DNA of 64,000 nucleotides, from positions 1,440,001-1,504,000 of the forward strand of contig CBDDIJ010000002.1 in NCBI GenBank assembly GCA_965228855.1. The letters are read 5' to 3'. The stretch comes from Candidatus Obscuribacterales bacterium (lineage in GTDB: Bacteria > Cyanobacteriota > Vampirovibrionia > Obscuribacterales > Obscuribacteraceae). The translations under genes were made by a program, and so were the position numbers. A model generated the notes under the pieces. It saw only the letters and a list, made by a program, of their open reading frames with translations. It did no database searches and was not told where the DNA came from. Numbering within the stretch: position 1 is the first letter of the stretch; the number at the start of each line of letters is the position of its first letter. Of this stretch, positions 50,257-60,334 are shown in pieces.

Positions 50257-51408
50257 ATGGACCAGGTACTTTTATCTCTTAAAAAACGAGTGGTCGTGCC
50301 GCTCATAATCGTTGCCGGTTGCTGTGCCTGGCTTATTCTCTGTCACGCTCACTATAAGAGCTACTGGTTCGGCACCATTTACAGGGTGCAAACAACTGAT
50401 TTCAACTTGTTGCACCATGTGCTGCCGCAGACGTTGTCTCAGATGATCATTGCCGGACGCGTCGACCTGATTCAAGAGACCCTGGACTCGACATTTGGAT
50501 TGTTCGGACTGGTGATCACGGATCCTTCCGGAAAGACCGTACTGTGGAAAACAGGCAAGGTCTATCATCGCGAATCTTGGCATCACAAGGCATCGCCGAA
50601 TTTGCTCAAGCTGGAAGATGAGCCCTTTGACCTTTTGACCAATCCTGTGGAGCTGGAGCCGCTCTATGCGCACGCTTCACCGCGTTCGATGCATGCAAAG
50701 CAGTTGCGCCAGCCTAAAGGTCAGGTCCTCGGCAGGCTTTATTACCTGCGAGCCGACCCCCCGGCGTTCTGGACCGATATGAAGAGTTTTCTGACGGGCG
50801 GTTTCTGGGAGGTCTCCGGAGCCAAGCGCGGATATTTATATGTAACGCTCAGCGTCACCGCGTTCTGTTTGGTGATTCTGCTGGTCTTCTGGTTGCGCAG
50901 ACGCAGTATCGAATTGAAACAGCAGGAGCTGGAGAGTGCCGAGCGAGAGTTGGAAATTCGCAGAAAGGCGCTTGAGCACTTGTCGAACGAGCTGGCTGCG
51001 CAAAGGTCGAGAAAGGTTTGGCTCGAAAAAGAAGCCGACCAGGCTTACCGACGTTCGTTGCGGTTAAAGCAATCGCTCGAAAAACTGCGCGATTCGATTC
51101 TTGGAATACCTTCCGGTCAAGAACAGTCGACGACCGGTGGCAATCAGCCGCTCCGGGTGCGCCCACCTGCCCATCCATCCAGCTCGATACTCGAAGAGAT
51201 CGAATCAATCTTGCCTGGTTTGAATGAGAACGCGAAGGTCTTGCGCCATCAAGCAGGCGTACTGCATGACTACTGTTCGACCCTGGAGCAGCGTCAACAA
51301 GAGATGCAGCGCATCGTAGACAACGCGTACAGTCAGACGATGGGACCGGCGCAAATGCCGCCTGCTCAAGCATCTCAAGCAGAGACGATAGATATGCGAC
51401 CACGGTAA
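50257..51408 (+). CDS. Hypothetical membrane protein (TM, extracytoplasmic domain, TM, coiled coil)
   Basis: Two hydrophobic segments flanking about 160 aa, then a long coiled coil. Confidence 0.8.
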   Translation: MDQVLLSLKKRVVVPLIIVAGCCAWLILCHAHYKSYWFGTIYRVQTTDFNLLHHVLPQTLSQMIIAGRVDLIQETLDSTFGLFGLVITDPSGKTVLWKTGKVYHRESWHHKASPNLLKLEDEPFDLLTNPVELEPLYAHASPRSMHAKQLRQPKGQVLGRLYYLRADPPAFWTDMKSFLTGGFWEVSGAKRGYLYVTLSVTAFCLVILLVFWLRRRSIELKQQELESAERELEIRRKALEHLSNELAAQRSRKVWLEKEADQAYRRSLRLKQSLEKLRDSILGIPSGQEQSTTGGNQPLRVRPPAHPSSSILEEIESILPGLNENAKVLRHQAGVLHDYCSTLEQRQQEMQRIVDNAYSQTMGPAQMPPAQASQAETIDMRPR

Positions 51409-51597
51409 TCCGACCTGATTTCAAAATAAGAATTGCAGGTTTCTACGCGCTGGCTTGCTAGTCGTGCTAAGCTAATTAACTGGGAAGACTATGTGCTGCT
51501 GACCTGTGCAATCTAGGGTCAGCGAGTCGTTTGTATACGGCACGTTCGTGCGAGTTTGAGTCTTGTCGCGCGTTGTGGTGAATGGCAATCCAATTAG

Positions 51598-54500
51598 ATG
51601 AAGCCGGTCTCTAGTAACAAGAAAATCCTTTCGCTCTCCTCTGTGCAGGAAGCAAGCAGCGAGCCTGTTTACAGACGAGGAGTGCAATACTACCGTCGCA
51701 AAAAGGTTCTCAAATACGAAGAGAGTGAGGACGGTGGCACCGTAGTCGCTCTCGTAATCGGCTCTGAGCCCCAGCCCTACAGGGTCGAAGTCACAATCGA
51801 CGATGACCACAATTTTGTAGCGACCTGTTCGTGTCCTTATTTCGAAGAGGTCTGCAAGCATTCGGTTGCTGTTCTCCTGACAAACATCGCCCGCACTCAA
51901 CCTGGTGTTCGGTTCGATCTTCAAGATTCGGAGCGCAGAAACGGACCTCAGGAAAAGGTTCCAAAAGCCAAAGACTTTTTGGATGACCCGCTTGAAGAGG
52001 GTGTAACTCCGGATGCAAACAAAGATTTTGAAATCGGCATTCTGGTTCTGGAAAAACCGCTCGCGCTCATTCTTGGCGTATTGCCGGACGAGGTGAAGGG
52101 TAAGGTCAACATCCTCAAAGTTCCTCCACAGATTCTAGACACGATGGAGCCGGAATCGCGCGTCTGGAAGATGACCAAGTATTTGACGTCGCTGCCACAG
52201 ACAACCAAAGGAACAGCAGGTGGTCACCGCATTCCCCGGTTCGATGAGGGCACGGTGATCGGACATTTGAGCCTCTGTGCGAAGGTGATCAATGCAACCG
52301 ATGGTCAGGAGATAAAGTTCTCACAACAAGCCCTGACACCGCAGGCGGTGCTTTCTGAAACGGAGAACGGCGAGCTCTGTTTTAAACTTGAGGGACTGGA
52401 TGCCGATGGCAACCTGGTTTCCAACCCGGTTTTCTTTATGGGACCGCAAAGCTGGATTCTCGCCAACAACGTTTTCTATCCGATTGAACTTGGGGCACTT
52501 CATAAACTGTTCCAGTATTTCGACAGCTATGGCGAGATGACAATCAAGCTCGAACTCGTTCCAAAATTCCTGAGCGAGCTGCCGGTTCTGCGCAAGCGCA
52601 TGCAAGTTCGTCTTGATGAAACATCCGCGCCGTTCCCGATCGCTATAACCGAGCCACCAAAAGTGGTGATTGGTTTGAACGAGAAGAAGGGTGCGGCAGT
52701 GATGAATGCTGATAACGAGTCAGCTCTGGAAGTAGCTCTCGGGTTCGGCTACGGCGACCTGGTGCTGCCGTCTCGGGATGAGACCAGTGCGGTTGAATCA
52801 GAGAAATATACGCGTACCGTGTCTGACACCGGACAGAGCGTATGGGTGAAGCGTCTCTGGGAAGAAGAAAGTCAGGTACGTCTGTTCCTGACAAACCTGC
52901 AGCCCGCTCGGTCTGTCGTGGATAGATTCTTCTTCGAGGCTGAGCCGGCGCTCGAGACGCTGTTCTATTTATCGTCGGAACAGTGCAGCGATTGGGAAGT
53001 GGCAGGTTGGGAGAATCTAAAAAAATACCGAGTTCGCCGCCAGCCGTTAAACGTGAAAGCATACCTTTCGCTCAAGAAAGACTCATTCAAATTCGATTGC
53101 GATTTGCGTTGCACGTCAGATGGCGAGCCGGTCGAGTTAGAACGCGTGTTGCCGTGTCTCTTCCGCAATAAGACATTTTTGGAATTGCCGAGTGGCGAAT
53201 ACGTCAGAATTCCGACTGCGACCCTACTTGGTCTGCTCAAAGCAATCGGTCAGGGCGCCGATAGCGCAAGACCGCTATATCAGGCACTCGCAGTCCTCCA
53301 TGCGCTTGACACACATGAGATTGAAGTCGAGTGCGATGAAGGCTTCGATAACTTCATACACAAGATTCACCACTTCCAGGAATTGGAACCGATCAATATT
53401 CCGGCCGAGTTCAAAGGCGAGCTTCGGATTTACCAGAAAGAAGGCGTCAACTGGCTTGGATTCCTGCGTGAATACGGTCTATCCGGAATTCTCGCCGACG
53501 ACATGGGTCTCGGTAAAACTATTCAAGCGCTCGCTCTGCTACTGAGTCATTATAAGAACGGTGGGAAAAACGCAAATCGCGCGCCATCGCTCGTGGTGGC
53601 ACCGACTTCGGTCGTTTACAACTGGAAGAGTGAAGCCAAAAAGTTTGCGCCTGGATTGAAAACCGCTCTGTTCCTGGGTCGCGATAGGAACGAAATCCTC
53701 GCCAAGCTCCTTAAGGAAAATGCGAAGGATAAACCGGATGTGGTCTTCACTACCTACGGTATCATTCGTCGCGACTGGGAAGAGTTGAAGAAAGTTCAAT
53801 TCGAATTCTTGATCCTCGACGAAGCGCAAAACATCAAGAACCCCGAGTCGGTCGGCGCGACGGCTGCGAAGAGTTTGAACGCGTTTCACCGCCTCGCTCT
53901 ATCCGGTACCCCTGTGGAGAACCGGCTGAAAGAACTCTGGTCTCTGTTCGATTTCCTGATGCCCGATTTCCTCGGACAGTACAAGGATTTCAACGATACT
54001 TTCGAGCGACCGATCGAGTTGGGCGTAGATGGCGCCGGTCAGAAGCTCCGAAAAATTGTTCATCCATTTATCCTTCGCCGACTCAAGAGTCAAGTCGAGG
54101 CGGATCTGCCGGAAAGAACCGACATCATCCACCTCTGCGAATTCGACGACGAGCAACGTTCGCTTTACCTCGATGTGCTTGATGAGTGTCGCGCTAAAGT
54201 TTTCAACGAGATCAAGAGCCGTGGTATCAAACGCTCGCAGATTTCGGTGCTCGCCGCTCTGCTGCGCTTGAGACAAGTTTGTTGCGATCCCCGTCTGCTC
54301 AAGAACCGCGAAGATCCCACCAAGATTGCGTCTGCGAAGCTCGAGACGCTGATGCATATGCTTGAAGAAATCATCGATGAAGGTCACAAAATTCTTGTGT
54401 TCAGTCAATTCGTTGAGATGCTCACTCTCGTTCGTCGCGAGTTTGAAGCGAAGGGTATCGTCTACGAATATATTGATGGTCAGACGCCTGCGAAAGAACG

Positions 54501-54846
54501 TCTCGATCGCGTCAACAAATTCAACGCTGACGAAAACATTCCGGTGTTCCTGATCAGCTTGAAGGCGGGCGGCACCGGTTTGAACCTGACCGGAGCCGAT
54601 TACGTTATACACTACGATCCGTGGTGGAACCCGGCGGTAGAAAACCAGGCAACGGACCGGGCTCACCGTATCGGTCAAAAGCGCCATGTGTTCAATTACA
54701 AACTGATCACGCGCGGCACGGTCGAAGAAAAAATACTCGGACTGCAACAGAAGAAGAAGGAACTTGCCGAGCTCGTCATCGGTGGAGACGAAAATGTGGC
54801 TAAGGAGCTGACACAGGAAGATCTTGAATTCCTGTTCTCGTTCTAA
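51598..54846 (+). CDS. SNF2-family helicase with N-terminal SWIM zinc finger
   Basis: SWIM CSCPY..VCKHSVA; LADDMGLGKT, DEAQ, LSGTPVEN, DPWWNPAVENQATDRAHRIGQ. Confidence 0.95.
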   Translation: MKPVSSNKKILSLSSVQEASSEPVYRRGVQYYRRKKVLKYEESEDGGTVVALVIGSEPQPYRVEVTIDDDHNFVATCSCPYFEEVCKHSVAVLLTNIARTQPGVRFDLQDSERRNGPQEKVPKAKDFLDDPLEEGVTPDANKDFEIGILVLEKPLALILGVLPDEVKGKVNILKVPPQILDTMEPESRVWKMTKYLTSLPQTTKGTAGGHRIPRFDEGTVIGHLSLCAKVINATDGQEIKFSQQALTPQAVLSETENGELCFKLEGLDADGNLVSNPVFFMGPQSWILANNVFYPIELGALHKLFQYFDSYGEMTIKLELVPKFLSELPVLRKRMQVRLDETSAPFPIAITEPPKVVIGLNEKKGAAVMNADNESALEVALGFGYGDLVLPSRDETSAVESEKYTRTVSDTGQSVWVKRLWEEESQVRLFLTNLQPARSVVDRFFFEAEPALETLFYLSSEQCSDWEVAGWENLKKYRVRRQPLNVKAYLSLKKDSFKFDCDLRCTSDGEPVELERVLPCLFRNKTFLELPSGEYVRIPTATLLGLLKAIGQGADSARPLYQALAVLHALDTHEIEVECDEGFDNFIHKIHHFQELEPINIPAEFKGELRIYQKEGVNWLGFLREYGLSGILADDMGLGKTIQALALLLSHYKNGGKNANRAPSLVVAPTSVVYNWKSEAKKFAPGLKTALFLGRDRNEILAKLLKENAKDKPDVVFTTYGIIRRDWEELKKVQFEFLILDEAQNIKNPESVGATAAKSLNAFHRLALSGTPVENRLKELWSLFDFLMPDFLGQYKDFNDTFERPIELGVDGAGQKLRKIVHPFILRRLKSQVEADLPERTDIIHLCEFDDEQRSLYLDVLDECRAKVFNEIKSRGIKRSQISVLAALLRLRQVCCDPRLLKNREDPTKIASAKLETLMHMLEEIIDEGHKILVFSQFVEMLTLVRREFEAKGIVYEYIDGQTPAKERLDRVNKFNADENIPVFLISLKAGGTGLNLTGADYVIHYDPWWNPAVENQATDRAHRIGQKRHVFNYKLITRGTVEEKILGLQQKKKELAELVIGGDENVAKELTQEDLEFLFSF

Positions 54847-57043
54847 CTGTTTCCTCAACTAAAACAGTCGCATCGATCTCTTGCCACAGTTTCTTATAGT
54901 CAATCACGAGTGCCAGCCAGAGTGCGAGTTCACTGCGCGTGACTTGCTCGTTCGGTGCGGACTCGACGCGCTCCGGCGATAGAACTTCGATGAAAACATT
55001 GCGGTGATGAGGTAGGCGCAAGAGTGAATTCTTCGCTGCATTCGACAGCTCTTCGATGGTCAGGTTTGCATCCGGTCGCACGTTGCCACCCCTGTCGGTT
55101 TCAAGAATGTTCTTGGAGGCACAAAAGGATAGAGCCTCATAGTCCGCGTCTTCTGCCGCGACATCGGAGAGTGTAAACTTCGAGTATTTAGTTTTGGAAT
55201 GCAAGGCTCGAATGATTGTGGCGACTTCGCGTCTGGTAATCGGGTGGTCCGGATTGAAACTGAGATGTTCCGGATGCCCTGGCATGATGCCGGATACGGC
55301 AAGCAATTGAATCTCCATAAACTGCTCGTGCCAGGTCGGCACATCATCGTACCAATATAGCGGAGAGCCTGATTCAATCAGTGTTTTTTGCAAGGAAAAC
55401 AGCAGCGATTTGTCTTCGAGAAATTTCCTGATTGGTTTGCCTCTGCTGATTGCTAGTCTTGCAAGGGCACCACAAGCGGTGCCAATAGCCCACTCGATCG
55501 GATGCAATCGGTAGGCGCCGTTTGCGATGTGACTTACTCCTATGTTTTTACAACCAGCGAGCAGGTTTTCGCAGTCCCTTGGAATCAGCGCTCCCAGCGG
55601 GATTTGAAACGGCTTGGTTCCTTGTGCGGCGCCGGCAATCTGTTTCCCATGTATATCGATAGGGTAAAGCCCAATGCCGATTGTGTCTTTAAAACGATGA
55701 GCGCGCGCACCCGGATTGAATGATTTGCCAACGTGCATTTCCGTGACCAGCGTCTCAGCCTTGATGCGCCTTGATTCACGGATGTACGGATATTTTGATA
55801 AACCGTCTTTTGTTCCCAACGTGTCAAGGCGAAGCCTGAAGTCCGGATATCCTTTGCCATCGTCATCATCGCGCGGAGCTTCGGTTTTCAACCAGTGAAG
55901 GAAACACAGGCTCTGACTTTTGGCTCTAGCCAGGCGTTTCGCCAGAGTCTCCGGATCTTGGTCGATGATATTTTCTCCGCGGAAATCATTCGCTTCCCAG
56001 TTGATCATCGAAATGTCGTTTGGAAATCGCGAATCGAAAAAGTTCTCCGCAGCGATCAGGCGGCGATACGTCCAGAAGGGAAGAAGCTCTTGCTCTGTGC
56101 CGTCGGTGAGTGTCTTCTTCGCGTTGACGTACATTTTGTAGCCGAGCAGAGACAGTTTTCCTTGTGAGTTGAATTCGTCATACTCGGCCGGCACAGGTAG
56201 TTTTTCTGGTGCGCCCGTAGACTTATCTGATAGAACGAATGGGTAGACGATGTCCTGTACCGTGTCAGGCTCCGCAGTTTCGGGAGCGTGCTCTTCACCT
56301 GTTTCAGATCTTGATTCAGCACCCGAACTGTACGGCAAATTTGCAAGTGGAAGGAGGTCACCAAGTTCGGTGGCATCTATACAGAGGTCGGGAAGGAATT
56401 CAATTGATTCGCCTGTGTCGAGATTGACCATCAATACCGACTTTATGCGAGATCTTCCATTTGAAGGTATCGTGTTGACGGCGAGCGTTTTTAACCTGTA
56501 GTGAATGTTTAAGCTGCCGGCTTCAATAGCTGGTTGAAGCATATGCTCGATTTGTTCGATGGCTACCTTGGGTTCGAAAGCGAGCCTGCTGACCCAGCAT
56601 TTGCCCGGATCGAAGTACTGCAGGTTTCCGACTTTCGAGTTCAATTTGTAATTTCTGATGTAGTGACGACGTATCAGGCTGCGTAGCCGCTGATATTCGC
56701 TGGTTGCGCCGGATGACTCTACGAGCCAGTTCTCATCGAAAGCCGAGACCCCCTGGCTGGTCGCCTGACCGCCAGGCCAATCGGTTTCTTCGGTGAGGAC
56801 AACCTTGAGCTTCTTGCGTTTTGATTTGCCAATCGTTGCATCGTCCGGAAGCAAGGTTGGAAAAACAGAGTGCAGCGCTGTTGCAATGCCTCCCAGACCA
56901 CCGCCGACAATGAGGATGTCGCAATGCTCTGTGCGCGTCGGTTTCTCTATCGTGAAGGTCTTAACAGCGTCAAGTGGTGACTGGTGATTGACGGACTGGA
57001 CATCGACAACTTTGTAAGTCTGCATAAATGACACCTGAACCAC
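54800..57043 (-). CDS. FAD-dependent oxidoreductase with C-terminal SLH-like domain
   Basis: IVGGGLGG, EETDWPGGQATSQGV, IDATELGDL, YIRESRRI, YRLHPIEW; SLH-like FNPDHPITRRE. Start uncertain. Confidence 0.88.
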   Translation of the reverse strand: MVQVSFMQTYKVVDVQSVNHQSPLDAVKTFTIEKPTRTEHCDILIVGGGLGGIATALHSVFPTLLPDDATIGKSKRKKLKVVLTEETDWPGGQATSQGVSAFDENWLVESSGATSEYQRLRSLIRRHYIRNYKLNSKVGNLQYFDPGKCWVSRLAFEPKVAIEQIEHMLQPAIEAGSLNIHYRLKTLAVNTIPSNGRSRIKSVLMVNLDTGESIEFLPDLCIDATELGDLLPLANLPYSSGAESRSETGEEHAPETAEPDTVQDIVYPFVLSDKSTGAPEKLPVPAEYDEFNSQGKLSLLGYKMYVNAKKTLTDGTEQELLPFWTYRRLIAAENFFDSRFPNDISMINWEANDFRGENIIDQDPETLAKRLARAKSQSLCFLHWLKTEAPRDDDDGKGYPDFRLRLDTLGTKDGLSKYPYIRESRRIKAETLVTEMHVGKSFNPGARAHRFKDTIGIGLYPIDIHGKQIAGAAQGTKPFQIPLGALIPRDCENLLAGCKNIGVSHIANGAYRLHPIEWAIGTACGALARLAISRGKPIRKFLEDKSLLFSLQKTLIESGSPLYWYDDVPTWHEQFMEIQLLAVSGIMPGHPEHLSFNPDHPITRREVATIIRALHSKTKYSKFTLSDVAAEDADYEALSFCASKNILETDRGGNVRPDANLTIEELSNAAKNSLLRLPHHRNVFIEVLSPERVESAPNEQVTRSELALWLALVIDYKKLWQEIDATVLVEETVRTRTGIQDLPVSAP

Positions 57044-57159
57044 TTAGTGCATCCAACTATAGCGAAGTTTCGGGCGGTTCTGTCTCTTGAGTTCTCGATG
57101 TTTTAAAATAGAGACCGAAAAAATTGTAGACTTAGGCGTGGTAACGCCGAGGAATGGAC

Positions 57160-57729
57160 ATGATTGAAACCAAGGAACCCGCCGTGTTTTCGGATGAAGT
57201 GCTGAAGCGCGCTTCCAAAATCAAAGTTTTGCTGATGGATGTCGACGGCGTCCTGACCGATGGGCGGCTGTATTATTTGAAGGACCATGAGGACAAAGCG
57301 GCGGAACTTAAAGCTTTCAATTCGCATGACGGCCTAGGGCTGCATTTCCTCAATTTTGCCGGAATTAAGACCGGTGTGATAAGCGGCCGAATTTCGTTTG
57401 CGACTGAGGAGCGGGCTCGCATATTGAAGATGAGTTACGTATATCAGGGTCACCTCGAAAAGATTCCGCTGTTCGAGGAAGTGCTCGCCAAAGAAGGAAT
57501 CAAAGCTGATGAGGCGGCATTTGTCGGTGACGACTTCACTGACGTTCCGCTAATGCAGAGAAGTGGACTTGGGTGTGCGGTCGCAGACGCGCGCTCTGAG
57601 GTGCGGGAGCGTGCTCATTTTGTCAGCTCTAAACCAGGTGGCAGAGGCGCGGTCCGTGAAATCGCCGAGTTGATTCTGAAGTCCCAGGGACAGTGGGAAA
57701 AAATTCTCGCGAAGTACGAGATGGTCTAA
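57160..57729 (+). CDS. kdsC: KDO-8-phosphate phosphatase (HAD family)
   Basis: MDVDGVLTDG, FNSHDGLG, FVGDDFTD, GGRGAVRE. Confidence 0.92.
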   Translation: MIETKEPAVFSDEVLKRASKIKVLLMDVDGVLTDGRLYYLKDHEDKAAELKAFNSHDGLGLHFLNFAGIKTGVISGRISFATEERARILKMSYVYQGHLEKIPLFEEVLAKEGIKADEAAFVGDDFTDVPLMQRSGLGCAVADARSEVRERAHFVSSKPGGRGAVREIAELILKSQGQWEKILAKYEMV

Positions 57730-57792
57730 TGTTCACGTTGTAAAACGATGCGCGCGGTATAAGCTATCGCGCGTTTTCGTTCTAAACTCGTT

Positions 57793-58383
57793 CTATTGCT
57801 TCGGCGCCTTGGTTTTGTTCACCATCAATTTTGTGACGGCTTTCAGCGTGGCAAACACGCCATAGCCTTCGATGGCGATTGCTTCAAAAGCGGGAACACC
57901 AGCGGTATTCAGCACACGATCGAGACGCTCGACAGGCATTGCGTCTGCCAGGTCGCGCTTGTTGTACTGGAGAACCCAGGGAATTTCGTCGAGCACTAAT
58001 TTGTTGTACTTCAAATTCTCGCGCATGTTTTTCATGGACTCTTCGTTTGCTTCGGCGCGCATTCGGCTTGAGTCTGCGACAAAAACAATTCCGTCGGCTC
58101 CTCGCAATATTTGCTTGCGGCTTCGATCGTATTCTTCCTGACCAGGAACGGTGTAGATCGCGATTCTCAGTTTAAAACCTGCAACAAGATCGAGCTCGAT
58201 CGGCATGAAATCAAAGAAGAGGGTACGTTCGGTTTCAGTCGCAAGTGATACCATCTCGCCACGGCAAGTCGGATTGATTTGCGCGTGAATGTATTTCAAG
58301 TTCGTAGTTTTGCCACCAAGTCCGGTGCCGTAATAAACGAGCTTGTAAGTTATTTCTCTTTTGGCGTAATTGATAAGGGGCAT
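57793..58383 (-). CDS. mglA: MglA-family small Ras-like GTPase
   Basis: INYAKREITYKLVYYGTGLGGKTTNL, TERTLFFDF, YTVPGQ, QYNKRDL; closely resembles Myxococcus MglA. Confidence 0.93.
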   Translation of the reverse strand: MPLINYAKREITYKLVYYGTGLGGKTTNLKYIHAQINPTCRGEMVSLATETERTLFFDFMPIELDLVAGFKLRIAIYTVPGQEEYDRSRKQILRGADGIVFVADSSRMRAEANEESMKNMRENLKYNKLVLDEIPWVLQYNKRDLADAMPVERLDRVLNTAGVPAFEAIAIEGYGVFATLKAVTKLMVNKTKAPKQ

Positions 58384-58479
58384 GTCAAATGGTTCTGTGC
58401 GTGAGCCTTATATATTTAACACTCTCTACGCGCAAGCTGATCACTGAAAGCCACCGTAGATTGAAAAAACTTTTGAGAC

Positions 58480-60075
58480 CTAGAGTCCTTGTATGTTCTG
58501 GTAGAGTATCACAGGGGATGCCGAGGATTCAGCATGCTTCTTCGCCTCAGAGGCGGCTGATAGGAGCTGACCCATAGTTTTGCAGTTCTCCGGAATTCCA
58601 GCGATTCCGAAACACATGACAACGTTCTGCGCGGCTGGAAGTTGTGCAAGGGACTCCTGAACTTTTTGTGCAAACACCGCCGCCGAACGTGTTCCTGTGT
58701 TGGGCAGCACCACTCCGTAGTCAAACATCTGGAAGTGTCCGATCATGTCGATTGGTCGCTTGAGCGAATGAATGACGGACATTATCTCCTTGACTGCCGA
58801 AAGATCGGCTGCATTACCGTCGCTCTTGCGACGGATGCTGAAGACGACTACTGAAAGCGGCATTCCGCAGAGTTCGTAGCGGAAACATTCCTGGGCGACA
58901 AAATACTGGAAGGCTGGATAGGTGAGCACGCCTGTCTCGGGTCGCATGCAAGGTTTTAAAACCTGTTCGAGGGTTTTGATGTCGACCTGGGCGTCTAGGA
59001 GTTGGGTCTGTTTTCTTTGCTGGGGCGGCTTGTCTGAAACGCCAAGCAAATTGAGCGTAACCAGATTGAAGATGATCGGGACCCATTCGGAACGTTTCAA
59101 AGGCTTGCTGCGCAAGAGATCGAGGAGAGTTTTGTAATCGCCGACCTCGCGGTAGATCTGGCGCTGCAGCATTTCGTCTACCGGAGCGCCTCCTGAGACA
59201 ATCTGAGTGAACTCTTCGAGCGTCAAGTTGGGATTGCGCGTGATCAGATAAGCGTCTCCCGTTAGCCCTTGCTGGTCGAGGTAAGTGCTCTGGTCGACGA
59301 GCGTAACGGCTTCCATTATCAGTCCGTCGAGGCGCCTATTGATGCTGCGTTCTACGGTGCGCTCGTCAGGTATGAAACGGAATTTGCCGACGTTAAGCGT
59401 GATCATGTCGAGAATTACATCTGCACCAGTATCCACCCCGTCGGATGCATGCACGGGTTCGCCTTCGTCGAAGTAAACGTCGACTCCCCGACCCTCGCTG
59501 CGAACCGCGAGTCGACCGGTCATCTGCCCCATCTGAATTGATTGCAGAACAGTCGGCAGCTGAACTTTGGCTATGTCACCCTGAAGCACAGCCTCTGCTT
59601 CATTCTCCGATTCCTGCTGGAGCTTGAAGGAACGCGTCGAGCCCTTCGTGGTTGCGGTGCTATCCTCCGTGGTCACTCCGAGCGTTATGGACGAACCGCC
59701 GCTGAGTCCGCCATTGGAGGTTGAATTCGCTGAGATGTCGCCTGTGCTCTCCGCGAAGATGAGATTATGAATGAGCCCTGTGTCGATCGTCCTGTGCTGC
59801 CACAAAGTCGACGTGTCCATCATGTTGCTTGCCGAAAGCGTCCAGCAAGGGTCGCCCGTGTCGTCGCAGGATACTCGCAAATTCAAAAGCCTGTCCTGTC
59901 CTTCCACCGACCAGTACTGCTCGATCACGCGCCCCTGGTCTTTGTTTGCCATGCTGAGCATGGAAATCACGTTTTCCAGGGTTGGAACGACCCAGAGCTG
60001 CGGCAGCTTCAGGGACGAGGTGCTCTGGGATCGTCTGGAGGCGGAGAGCTCTTTGTGTTGGTTCGATCTGAACAT
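58480..60075 (-). CDS. DUF4388 (PatA-N-like) plus degenerate GGDEF-like domain protein
   Basis: LQGDIAKVQLPTVLQSIQMGQMTGRL..VYFDEGEPVHA; PETGVLTY...RPIDMIGHFQMFDYGVVLPNT...FGIAG. Confidence 0.75.
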   Translation of the reverse strand: MFRSNQHKELSASRRSQSTSSLKLPQLWVVPTLENVISMLSMANKDQGRVIEQYWSVEGQDRLLNLRVSCDDTGDPCWTLSASNMMDTSTLWQHRTIDTGLIHNLIFAESTGDISANSTSNGGLSGGSSITLGVTTEDSTATTKGSTRSFKLQQESENEAEAVLQGDIAKVQLPTVLQSIQMGQMTGRLAVRSEGRGVDVYFDEGEPVHASDGVDTGADVILDMITLNVGKFRFIPDERTVERSINRRLDGLIMEAVTLVDQSTYLDQQGLTGDAYLITRNPNLTLEEFTQIVSGGAPVDEMLQRQIYREVGDYKTLLDLLRSKPLKRSEWVPIIFNLVTLNLLGVSDKPPQQRKQTQLLDAQVDIKTLEQVLKPCMRPETGVLTYPAFQYFVAQECFRYELCGMPLSVVVFSIRRKSDGNAADLSAVKEIMSVIHSLKRPIDMIGHFQMFDYGVVLPNTGTRSAAVFAQKVQESLAQLPAAQNVVMCFGIAGIPENCKTMGQLLSAASEAKKHAESSASPVILYQNIQGL

Positions 60076-60334
60076 CTAGGCTGGCTTTTCCTTGCTATGA
60101 GCCCATCAAACGTTCCAAAAGCGTACTAGATGGAACCGACTGCAGAGAGACTCGGTAAGTTCTGGTAAGGAGACTACAGTTATGTACCACTAATGGCCCT
60201 CAGGCCTATCAACTTAGAAGAACTATTCCCGTAACATTTGAGATCACAACTGCCGGACCGTCTACTGACCGAAGACAGTCCACCACATGACCAGTCGAAT
60301 TTTTCGGCGTTCTCATGAGCAGGCTGTCGATTGG

